Positions 51,580-64,000 of a DNA stretch of 64,000 bases are shown in pieces. Origin of the DNA: the human T2T-CHM13v2.0 reference genome, Homo sapiens. The stretch lies in the NCBI RefSeq assembly GCF_009914755.1, contig NC_060926.1; one strand, 5' to 3'. The translations under genes and the position numbers were made by a program. Positions within the stretch are counted from its first letter, which is position 1. Each line of letters opens with the position of its first letter. Below the pieces are notes generated by a model that saw only the letters and a list, made by a program, of their open reading frames with translations, did no database searches and was not told where the DNA came from.

Positions 51580-53300
51580 TCCTTTTTTTTTTTTTAAACA
51601 GATTTATTGAGGTATAACTCATGTACTAAACAGTTTGCCCTTTTAAAGTGTACAATTCAGTGGTTTTTAATGTATTTCTAGAGTTGTGCAACCATAGTCA
51701 CTATCTAATTTTGGAACATTTTTGTGAAAAAATCCCGTACCTGTTAGCAGTCACTCCGTATTCCTCTGGAACTCCCCTCCCCACTCAACCCCCAGGTAAC
51801 CACTAATCTAATTTCTGTTCTCTCTAGATTTGCCTATTCCAGATACTATATGGTCTTTTGTGACTGGCTTCTTTCACTTAGCATTATGGTTTCAAGGTTC
51901 ATCCATGTGTAACAAATGTCAATACTTCATTCCTTTTTATTGCTGAATAATCTATTATATGGATATGTTACATTTTACCCATTCATCAGTTGATGAACAT
52001 TTGGGCTGTTTCCACTTTTCTGCTATTATGAATAATGCTGCTATGAACATTTGTGTCTTGGGTATGTTACAGATCACAGGCTCTTTGGCTCCCTGTATAA
52101 TAAAAATTAACATAGGGCCAAGTAGATATCCCAGACAAGGCTGTTATTTTGGGGCTTGCACTTGAGCGCAAGGGAGACAGCAGAGGTGCAAGGACTCTTT
52201 AGCTGAGTCTGTGAAACAGCTGGTAGGGAATTTTTTGTTAGACAAAGTGCACGATTGACATCAGGGGTGAGACATGCAGACTGGGCTGGGAAAAGCCTGT
52301 GAAGGGTAGGGTATGAGGGTCAGCATATCTGGTTGTGATATTTATCTTAAATATTGGACACCCTAGTAGTCTGGCCAGAGGCAACAAGGCTATAAGTTAA
52401 TTGTTAAGCATTCTTTCCTGAAGTGGGACACTCCACAACCTCGGTTTGATATTTAGATTTCCTAAGGCCAGTTCCTGGAATTCTTTAAGTAAAAGGCATG
52501 GTTTAAACATTACGAAGAAGAGCTGTGTCCCATTCCTATTCTATCTCAGGTACATACCTGGAAGTGGAATGCTGGACCATGTAGGAACTAACTTTTTGAA
52601 GAACTGTCAAACTGTTTACCAAAGTGGCCGCATCATTTCACATTCCCACCAGCAATGTATGAAGGTTCCAGTTTCTTCATTTCCTCACCAACACATCTGA
52701 TTGTCTTTTTTATTTTAGCCATTTAAGTACATGTAAAGTGTTATATCATTGTGGTTTTTGACTTGCGTTTCTCTAATTGCTGAACCATGTTGAGCCACAA
52801 TATTTTCATATGCTTATAGACCATTTACATGTCTTTTTTGGAGAAATGTGTATTGTAATCATTTGCCCATTTTTAATTGGATCGTTTCCTTTTAGTGTTG
52901 TAAGAATTCTTTATATATTTTGGATATAAGACACTTATCAGGTATGTGATTTGCAAATAGTTTCTCTCATGTTGTAAGCTATTTACTTTCTTGGTGGTGT
53001 TTTTAAAAAAGGGCTTAATTTTCATAAAATGTAGTGTGTCTATTAATACATTAATAATATGTCTATTTTTTATTTTGTTACTTGTACTTTTGGTGTTGTG
53101 CCTTCTTAGACTTTGCCTAACCCAAAGTCACAAAGATTTACTACTTCTATTTTTTATAAGAGTTTTATAATTTTAACTCTTACATATAGTAAGAGTAAGT
53201 CTATAATCTATTTTGAGTTAATTTTTGTGTATGGTGTAAGGAAGGTGTCTACTTTTATTCTTTTGTATGTGAGTATTTACTTCTAGCACCATTTGTCTAG
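51580..53300 (-). mobile_element. L1MB-type 3' end interrupted by a solo LTR
   Basis: TTTATTGAGGTATAA...GTGTACAATTCAGTGG; resumes after 52552 (CATTCCCACCAGCAATGTATGA). Confidence 0.85.
52065..52548. mobile_element. ERV1-class solo LTR (484 bp)
   Basis: TG...CA termini (TGTTAC / ATCTCA) with a perfect 4-bp TSD GGTA, interrupting L1 sequence. Confidence 0.8.
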
Positions 53301-53580
53301 TCTGGTTATTTTCTTCCTTTGTTTCTTTTTGCATGAACGTGCAGATATATGCACTTCTAAAAAATTTATTTATTTTACCTGTGCAGAAGACGTAAGACAA
53401 TACAATCAGTACTTTCACTTTACTTTTTCACTTAATATATTCTGGAAATCATTCCATATCAGTTCATAGAGTTTGTCCTTATTCTTTTTTTTTTTCCTCA
53501 ACAGCTACAAAGTACTATCTTTGTGATACACTATAGTTTATCCAACTATTCTCTTATATGTGGTCATTTAGATTTTGCAC

Positions 53581-53962
53581 ATATAATATTTTATAATATA
53601 ATATAATATTTATAATATAATATAATATATATAATATATATAATAATAAATATAATATAATATAATAATAAATATCATATTTATTATATATAATAAATAT
53701 AATAATAATAATATAATATAATAATAATAAATATAATAATAAATATATAATATATAAATATATAAAAATATATATAAATATATAAATATATAATAAATAT
53801 AATAAATATAATATAATAAATAAATATAATATATATAATATATATTATATATAATATATAATATAATATAATAAATAAATATAATAATAATATATATAAT
53901 AATAAATATAATAATAAATAAAATAAAATAAAATAAAATAATATAATATAATATAATATTTT
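53581..53962. repeat. Almost pure A/T low-complexity expansion (ATATA/AATAT units)
   Basis: About 380 bp with a single C and no G. Confidence 0.97.
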
Positions 53963-54227
53963 GCACCTATAATACTTTAATGAATAGCCTTTATGTTTGG
54001 GAGTAAAGTCCTAGAAATGGAATTGCTGTGTCAAAAGGTAAACACATATGTGGTCTTGTTAGATATTGCCAAATTCCTCTCCATAAGGGTTTTACCAATT
54101 TACCTTCCCACCAGAAATATATGAGAGTGCCTGTTTCCCCACAGCCTCGAGTACCAAATTTGTTGTCCTGAGGTTTTTGCCAAAGTGAGAGGTGAGAAAT
54201 GGTATCTTGGGGTAGTTTTAATATGTA

Positions 54228-54350
54228 CAGACATACCTCAGAGATATTGTGATCTTAGTTCCAAACCACTGTAATAAAGCAAATATTGCTATAGAGAGAG
54301 TCACACAAATTCTTTGTTTTCTTAGTGCATATAAAAGTTGTGTTATTTAT
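54228..54350 (+). mobile_element. Tigger2-type DNA transposon end
   Basis: TA|CAGACATACCTCAGAGATATTGTG...AATAAAGCAAATATTGC. Confidence 0.7.
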
Positions 54351-54389
54351 TGACTACTGTTCTATCTAGTTTTTGGTCTTTCTCCTTTA

Positions 54390-55477
54390 ACTTTAAAACA
54401 ATTAATAGACTTTATGGTTTTGAGCAGTTATGAATTTACAGAAAAATTAAGTAGAGTACAGACAATTTTCATATACCCCTCATCTGCCCCTATTTCCCCC
54501 CACTTATTGATATCTTACATTAATAATGACATGATTCCACCGTTATAGTATCATACAGAATATTTTCATGGCTCTGAAAATCCTCTGAAATCTCTCCCTC
54601 ACTCCCCCTCTCCCTCCCACTGAATTTCTGGCAACTACTAATCTTTTTACTGTCACCATAGTTTTGCCTTTTCCAGAATGTTATGTTGTTGGAATCATAC
54701 ATTAGGTAGACTTTTTAGATTGGCTTCTTTCAGTCATCAATATGCATTGAAGTTTCCTCCATGTCTTGTGGCTTGATAGCTTATTTCTTTTCCATGAGTA
54801 AATAATATTCCATTGTCTGGATGTGCCACAGTTTATCCATTTACCTGTTGAAGGACATCTTAGTTGCTTCTAAGTTTTGACAATTATGAATAAAGCTGCT
54901 CTAAACATCTTTTTCTTTTTTTTTAGAGAGAGAGAGAGAGACAGAGACAGAGAGAGATAGACAAAGATACACAAAGAGAGAAGGACAGAGAGAGACAGAC
55001 AGACAGACAGAGATACACAAAGACAAGATACACAAAGATACACAAAGAGAGAAAGAAAGAGAGAGACAGACAAAGAGACAGACAGAGAAAGACAGAGATG
55101 GACAGAGACAGAGAGAAAAAGAAAGAGAGAAACAGAGAGACGGAGAGAGAGAGACAGACAGGCAGACAGACAGGCAGAGAAAGAGAGTAAGCCAGAAGGC
55201 AGACACACACACACACACAGAGAGAGACAGAGACAGATGGAGAGACAGAGAGAAAGAGACAGAGAGAGGCAGAAACAGACAGAAAGAGAGAGACACAGAG
55301 AGAGAGACAGAGACAGAGAGAGAGACAGAGACAGGTAGAGAGAGAGACAGAGAGAGACAGACAGACAGGCAGAGAAAGACAGTAAGATAGAAGACAGACA
55401 CAGAGAGAGAGAGAGACAGACAGACAGGCAGAGAAAGACAGTAAGACAGAAGACAGACCCAGAGAGAGAGAGACAGG

Positions 55478-55515
<38 letters not shown>

Positions 55516-55890
55516 CAGGCAGAGAGAGAGACAGAGAGACGGACAGAGAGAGAGACAGGCAGAGAGAGAGAGACAGAGAGACAGACAGAGAGAGAGACAG
55601 GCAGAGAGAGAGAGAGAAACAGACAGACAGGGAGAGAGAGAGACTGACAGGCAGAGAAAGAGAATAAGACAGAAGACAGACACAGTGAGACAGGGAGAGA
55701 GAGAGACAGACAGACAGGGAGAGAGAGAGAGAGACTGACAGACAGACAGACAGGCAGAGAAAGAGAATAAGACAGAAGACAGACACAGTGAGACAGAGAG
55801 AGACAGAGACAGAGAGACAGAAAGAGACAGACAAAGACAGAGACGGACAGAGAGAGACAGAGACAGAGAGAGACAGAGAGAGAGAGAGAG

Positions 55891-55935
<45 letters not shown>

Positions 55936-56900
55936 GGCAGGCAGAGAAAGAGTAAGACAGAAGACAGACACAGTGAGAGAGACAGGTAGAGAGAGAGACA
56001 GAGATAGAAAGACAGAGAGAAAGATACTTGTGGGGAGTTTGATTGATACTGCATTGAGTCTATAGATCAAATTGGGAAGAACTGCATCTTGGTAATATTG
56101 AGTCTTTCCATCCATGTACAGATATCTCTCAATTTATTTGGATCTTCTTGGATTTTTGTAATTTTTTTCCCATAGATCTTGTATATATTTATTGGATTTA
56201 TACCTAAGTATTTCATTTTTTTGGTGCTAATATAAATGGTATTCCTGTTTTTAAATTCCAATTCCAATTGGTAAATTCCAATTGTTCATTGCTGATGTAT
56301 AAAAGGAATTGACTTTTATATATTAACCTTGTATCCTGCAATCTTGCTATGATTGCTTATGTATTTTAGGAGTTTTGTTGATTTTTTGGGACTTTCTGCA
56401 TAGACAATCCTATCACACGCAAACAAATACAGTTTTATTTCTTCCTTTCCAACCTATATACCTTTTCTTTTTCTTGTCTTATTGCATTAGCTAGGACTTC
56501 CAGAATGATTTGACTAGGAGTGGTGAGAGCAGACATCCTTGCCTTATTCCTTGGCAGGAAGGCATCTAGTTTTTCACTGTTAAGTATAACGTTATCCTTA
56601 GGTTTTTTGGTAGACGTTCTTTATCAAGTTGAGGAAGTTCCCCCTTTTTTCCTAGTTGTCTGAGAGTTTTTATCATGAATGGCATTGGATTTTGTCAAAT
56701 ACTCCATCTAATGATATAATCATATAGCTTTTCTTCTTTAGCCTGTTGATATGATGGATTACAATGATTTTTATAATAATTGGTTTTTACAGTAATTGGT
56801 TTTTAAATGTCGAACCAACCTTGCATACATAGAATCCAATTTGATCATGTTGTATAATTCTTTTTAACCATTGTTGGATTTGATTTGCTATGTTGATCTG
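54390..56900 (-). mobile_element. L1MC/M-type fragments (3'UTR 54390-54910; ORF2 56025-56900) separated by a GA-rich repeat
   Basis: Reverse L1 3'UTR motifs; ORF2-like translations TWMERLNITKM and LPNLIYRLNAVSIKLP. Confidence 0.8.
54925..56022. repeat. About 1.1-kb compound (GA)n/(GACA)n/(CA)n repeat with a higher-order unit
   Basis: Read directly; CAGGCAGAGAAAGA..TAAGACAGAAGACAGACAC recurs. Confidence 0.97.
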
Positions 56901-59170
56901 ACTTTCTGACTATATAATTTTCCTTCTTTTGAATAATTTTTTACAAAACAGTTGTCATAAGGGAAGTCTATTGGTGATAAATTTTTTTAACTTTTGTTTG
57001 AGAAAGTCTGTTTCTCACTTAAGAAGGACAGTTTCACTGGATACAGAATTCTAGGTTGGTACATTTCCACTCCCATTATTATTTTATTTCACTCTCTTCC
57101 TGCTTACAAGTGTGGGGACCCCACACTTTTGTGAGTTTTACCTAATTTACATGATATTTGAAAAGACTGATGTTATTGTTGCTTTATAGGTACGGTGTTT
57201 TTTCCTCTGGCTTCTTTCAATATTTTCCTTTGTGTTTGATTTTCTGTAGTGTGACTATGATATGCCTACATGTAGATTTTTTTGTATCTATCCTGCTTAG
57301 TGTTCTCTGAGTTTCCTAGATCTGTGGTTTGGTGTCTATTAATTTTTGGGAATTCTCAGACACTGTTGCACTGTTGCTTCAAATATTTCTTCTATGCCTT
57401 TCTCTTTTTCTTTTTCTTTTGGTATTCCCATTATGTGTATTTATGTCTGATACGGTTTGGATCTGTGTCCCCACCCAAATCTCGTGTTCAGTTGTAATCC
57501 CCAATTTGGAGGTGGGGCCTGATAGGAGGTGATTGAATTGTGGGGACAATTTCTAATGGTTTAGCACCATCCCTCTAGTGCTGTTCTCGTGATAAGAGTT
57601 CTCATGAGATCTAGTTGTTTAAAATGTGTAACACCTTCCCTTGCTCTCTCTTCCTTCTCCTCTGGCCATGTAAAACGTGCCAGCTTCCCCCTCACCTTTT
57701 GCCATGAATTAAAGTTTCCTGAGGCCTCCCCGAAAGCTGTCATGCTTCCTGTAAAGCCTGTGGAACCATGCGCCAATTAAACCTCTTTTCTTTATAAATT
57801 ACCCAGTTTCAAATATTTATAGCAGTAGGGAACAGACTAATTCAATACTTTTTGTAATTGTCTCACAGTTTTTGGATATTCTGTTCTTTTTCTTTTTTTC
57901 CCAATTCTTCTATTTCCACTTCAGTTTTGGAATTTTCTACTGACATTTTCTCAAGTTAACTTATTTCCTTGACTATCATCAGTCTGTTGATGAGCCTATC
58001 AAAGGCATTCATCATTTCTATTAGTGTTTTTGATTTCTTGCGTTTCCTTTTGATTTTTTAAGAGTTTTCATTTCTCTGCTTCCAGTAACACCCTTAGCAT
58101 ATCAATCATAGTTGTTCTAAATTTCAGTTCTGATCATTTCATTATCTCTGCTCTGAGTTTGATTATGATGCTTGTTCTGTCTCTTAAAATGATTTGTCTT
58201 TTGCTCTACCTTGTAATTTTTTGTTGAAAGCTGGAAATGATGTACTGGGTATGTGAAATTGAGATAAAATAGCCCTTTTTAGTAAAAGGTTTTCTCTTTA
58301 TCTGGATAGGAGTTGGGCTCTGTTTACTGTTTACCGCAGCTATAGCTATAGGTGTCAGAGGCTAAAATATTCTCTGTACCTTTTTTTGTTTTTTAAATCT
58401 CCTCTGTTGTCTTGTAGTTTCTCTAGAGATTTCTTCCTAACTGAGGTCTGAGTTGGATAGTTCTTTCAGTTGTATTTCCCTGTTATTATATGGGAGCCCT
58501 ACTGATATGGTGGTAAGGTGTGGAGGAATGGGAAGTATTCTATAGTCCTATAATCAGGCTTTTAGTGATTGTGTTTTTTGGCTTTACCCTCCCCAGTGCT
58601 CCTCAATTTTTTCCCCTTTAGGTGAGAAAGGAAGTCTAGAGGGTACTGGAGTTGGTTATTTCACTTCTCTCAGTTCATTTAGTTTCTAGTAAAATAGTTT
58701 CTCTTGAGGGTAGGCCTTATTAAGAGGCTTGGGAAAGTATTTCAAAGTGGCTACTTTTTCTCTTCTTTGCCGGAGGGCATTTTTATCCAGTCTGCACTGT
58801 GAGAGAACCTGGTAGGGCTCCTGGAGGTAAAACTCACAAAAATGTGTGGCCTCCCAAGACTGATCTTCCTGGGAGTTTTTAACTCTCAGACTTGTCCACA
58901 TCCAACCTCTAGTAATTGGTCAATTACAATTTAGGCTTTCTTACTCTGGTACTGTGGAGCATACTGGTTCCTGGACTGCTTCTCCTGTAAGTTGTGATTC
59001 TCTTTGTCTGCCTTTCACTCCAGTTTTGGGGGTAGTGATTTGCCCTGTGACCTCAATTCTCTGAGGAATCTAAGAAGAGTTGATTTTCAGTTTGTTTGTT
59101 TTTTTATGTTGTGGGGCTATATAGAAGTGACAGCTTCCAGGCTCCTGACATGCTTGACTGGAAAGTAGAA
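56900..59170 (-). mobile_element. Old L1M 5' region (ORF1/5'UTR), copy 1
   Basis: GGATACAGAATTCTAGGTTG (ORF1 QPRILYP) and downstream blocks paralogous to 60700-62710. Confidence 0.75.
57448..57844 (+). mobile_element. MSTA/MSTB (MaLR) solo LTR
   Basis: TGATACGGTTTGGATCTGTGTCCCCACCCAAATCTC...AATTAAACCTCTTTTCTTTATAAATTACCCAG...ACAGACTAAT. Confidence 0.9.
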
Positions 59171-59733
59171 GTCTTTTTGTCTTTCCTGTACCAGTGTCTT
59201 ATATTGCAAATAGTTTTTCCCATTTTCTTAATGTATAACTTTGTTTATGTTGTTTTTCAGTATGCCTTTTTTTTTGAATATAGTTTATCAATATTACATC
59301 TTGATTTTGAGACATAGTGAAAGTATTTCTCTATCCAGGCTTATAGAAATTCACTCATGTTTTCTTCTAGTACTTATATGGTTTCCTTTTTTAAAAAAAA
59401 CATTTTAACATTTCCATCTTGGATCCATTTTGAGTTTATTCTTATGTAAGGTGTGTGGCATGTGTCTTTTTTTTTTTTTTGAGATGTTTCAAATATATAT
59501 ATATAATTCATTGTAGATTGTTTCACAAGCATGTAAGCAACCAAATCTTTTGATTAGTATTAGCATGGTATATTTGTCTACATCTACTTACTTTTAATCT
59601 ATACTTGTCTTTATATTTAAAGTAGGTTTCTTATGGAAAACATACAATTGGGTCTTGTTTTTTGAACCTCTGACAATCTTTTAATTGGTGCATTTAGACC
59701 ACTGACATTCAAAGTGGTTATTGGTGTAGTTAA

Positions 59734-60262
<529 letters not shown>

Positions 60263-61291
60263 CTTTTGTGGTTTTAATTGAGCATTTTATATGATTCCAT
60301 TTTCTCTCCTTTCTTGGCTTATCAGTTATACTTCCATTTTTTTTTTTAACTTTTTTTTTGTGGTTGCGTTAGAGTTTACAATATACATTTAAAACTAATC
60401 CAGGTCCACTTTCAAGTAACACTGTACCTTTCTACAGGTTGTGTGAGTATTTTATAATAACAAAATAATCCTAATTCTTCTCTCCTGTCACTTGTATCAT
60501 TGCTGTCATTCATTTCACTTATATATAAGCATATATGTATATATACACACTATGTATATTAACAAAGGATATATAATCAAATACATTGTTGCTATTTATT
60601 ATTTTAAATAAACTGTTATCTGTTAGATCAATTAGGTATGAGACAAATACAAGTTTTCCTTTTACCTTCATTTATTTATCCTTTGGTACTCTTCCTTATG
60701 TAGATTCGAGTTTCTGACCTATGTTACTTTCCTTCTGTCTAAAGAGCTCTTTTTAACATTTCTGGCAGGGCATACCTACTGGCAACAAAATCCAATTTTT
60801 GTTTGTCTGAGAAAGTCTTTATTTTTCTTTGACTTTTGAAGGATAATTTCAAAGGGTACAGAATTCTAGGTTGGTGGGTTTTTTTTCTCTCAACACTAAA
60901 GATTTTACTCCACTCTCTTCTTGTTTGCATGGTTTCTGAGAAGTTGGAAGTAATTATTGTTTCTCTATAGGTAAGGTATTTATTTCCTCTGGCTTTTTTC
61001 AGGATTTTTTTATCTTTGATTTTCTGTAGTTTGAAATGGATATGCCTAAGTGTAGGTTTTTTGGCCTTTATCCTGCTTGGTGTTCTCTGAGGTTCCTAGA
61101 TCTGTGGTTTGGTGTCTGACTTTAATTTGGAGAAATTCTCAGTCATTATTGTTTCAAATATTTCTTCTGTTCCCTTTTCTTTTTCCTCTGCTTCTGGTAT
61201 TTCTATTATGTGTAGTGACATCTTTTGTAGTTGTTCCGCAGTCTTTGGATATTCTATTCTGTTTTTTTTTTCAGTCTTTGTTCTCTTTGCC

Positions 61292-61603
<312 letters not shown>

Positions 61604-62837
61604 TAATTTTGGAAATTTCTATTGTGATATACCCAAGCTCAGAGATTTTTCTTCCTCAGCTATTTACAGTCTACCAATAAACCTATCAAGATCATTCTTC
61701 ATTTCCATCGTAGTGTTTTTGATCTCTAGCATTTTATTTTGTTTTATTTTGGTTGGTTCTTTCTTAGTATTTCCATCTCTCTGCTTACTTTGCCCATCTG
61801 TTCTTGCATGCCATATACTTTATCCATTAGAGCCCTTAGTATATTAATTATAGCTGTTTAAATTACTGGTCTAAGTATTCCAGTATCCCTGCCATATCTG
61901 AATGTGGTTTTGATGCTTGCTCTGTCTCTTCAAACTCTGTTTTTTGCCTTTTATTATGCCTTGTAATATTTTTCTTGATAGCCAGATGTAATGTACTGGG
62001 TAAAAGGAACTGCTGTAGTAGGCCTTTAGTGATTCAGTAAGGACTGGGTTTGGGGGAACATTCTATAGTCCTATGATTAAGTCTCAGTCTTTTAGCGAGC
62101 CTGTGCCTCTGGACTGTGAACTGTAGAAGTGCTTTGTTTAGCGCTTAGGTGGGGCAGGATGGCTAGAATGGGCTGGAGTTGGATATTTTCCTTTTCCCAG
62201 GTCAGTTAGGCTCTGACAAAACCCCAGCAGGCTAGGTTCTAGTTAAACAGTTTCTCTTGTCTTAATGAGTCAGGCCTCGTTAAGAAAAGAATGCTCTGGG
62301 ATAATTCAAAATGGTTTATTTCCCCCTTTCCTTGTTGGGATCATGAGGGGATTTTTCTCTGTTGTTCACTGTGAGAATGTGGTAAAGCTACAGGAGGTAA
62401 AACTCCCAAAAATGTGCTTCCCCTTTCCCCCGCGACTGGGTCCCCCTGGAGTTTTTATCTCTCAGACTTGTCCATACTGAGCCTTCAGTAGTTGATCAAT
62501 TACAGTTCAGCTTTCCCTACCCAAGTACTGGTTCCCACAGAGGTTTCAGCTCTGGTAAGTTGTGATTCTTTGTATTCACCTGCTAATCTCTCTAAATTTG
62601 GGGGCAGTGGTTTGCCCTGCGACCTCATTTCTGTTATGGATCTAAGAAGAGTTGTTGATATTTCAGCTTGTTCAGCTTTTTACTTGTTAGGATGGAGCGG
62701 CAAACTGGAAGACTGTGTTTAACTTTTGAGGAACTGCCAGACTATTTTTCGTAGCAGTCCCACCAGCAATGTATGAGGGTTCCAGTTTCATCATATCCTT
62801 GTCAGCCCTTGTTATTGTCTGTCTTTAAAAAAAAAGA

Positions 62838-63144
<307 letters not shown>

Positions 63145-64000
63145 TAGTAGCCTTCCTAATGGGTATGAAGTGGTATTTTATTGTTCAGCAACATACTTTC
63201 AACTGTTCTTTTACTATTTTGATTGTAGACTGTATCTCCTAGCTTGTTGATTTGGTAGGTGAGGATTTAGCCCTCCTATCATATCCTCCCTGAAGCATAC
63301 TTACCCTTCTCTTTTCCTATTCCCTCACTTCCCAGTCAGGTCTATCAGAGTTAGGTCAGAATTCATTGTGACTTAGTAAACATAGTTAGCAGCTGAGCCC
63401 TATAGTATTATCACATTAACATTTTTTAAAAATTTCCTTGTGTTAATAATTACTAATTTTGTTTTGTCCTTCCCGCACCTTCCCTTATGACCCTGCAGTG
63501 TGTGTATCATTATTATTCTTAAACTTACCTGTTACCTCTCAAAATCCCCCTCAAACAGTTAAACACATTGGTAATTCATCAGTTCCTTTCCTCACCTGGA
63601 GGCCACAAGTGTCCTGCTCCACTTTGGAAAGGTCTGTCTCAAAGCATCCAGCATAAATGACATCTTAGGACCTTTTTTCACTGCTGTACTGGGGATAGTC
63701 AGATATTTAGCCTTCTGGATTTATCTAAATTTCCTGTATTTCTCTCTTTTAAAATAACCGTTATTTTATTCTAGTTCTGGAAGATTTCCTCAAATTTATA
63801 TTCCAACTCTGCATTTTTTGCTCACCTAATGAAAAATAATGACATAATTTTCAGAACGCTTTCTTATGTATTAAATATTCCTTTGGTATTTTTCATGAGT
63901 GTAATGTCTTTAATACCTCTGAGCATACTGGTGATATTGTCTCGGCTTCCTTCAAGTTCTTTTTCTTCTTTTTAGCCTGTTTTCTGTCATATTGGAGGCT

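Noticed and set aside
53610-53966. 118-aa Ile/Tyr-rich ORF
   Set aside because: Translation of the AT-only repeat.
54870-56115. ORFs of 335-404 aa on the minus strand
   Set aside because: Translations of the (CT/GT)n microsatellite (LSLSVCL...), stop-free by composition in all three frames.

Overview
This is primate genomic DNA, almost certainly human, and rich in Alu, L1, L2, MIR, MER and LTR repeats. It contains the 5' end of EHBP1 (EH domain-binding protein 1) on the + strand. A CpG-island promoter lies at about 29.4-30.9 kb, with a likely non-coding first exon ending at a GAG|GTGTGA donor (30344). The first coding exon is 31189-31587 (ATG 31484, MASVWKRLQRVGKHASKFQFVASYQELMVECTKK-W). Everything after 31588 reads as one large intron of old, mostly antisense, nested transposons plus a Y1 RNA retrocopy. 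No other real protein-coding sequence is visible, and the long ORFs in the track come from Alu, L1, L2 or microsatellite sequence. I see no convincing new multi-gene system. The best second-look items are a dense chain of uORFs in the EHBP1 leader, a set of perfect fold-back hairpins (notably a double 18-bp hairpin at 34024-34145 and a GNRA-capped 12-bp hairpin at 32373-32400), a roughly 32-nt poly(A)-tailed micro-insertion with TSDs inside an Alu, and two large unusual simple-repeat expansions. Repeat subfamily names and boundaries were assigned by eye and are approximate.
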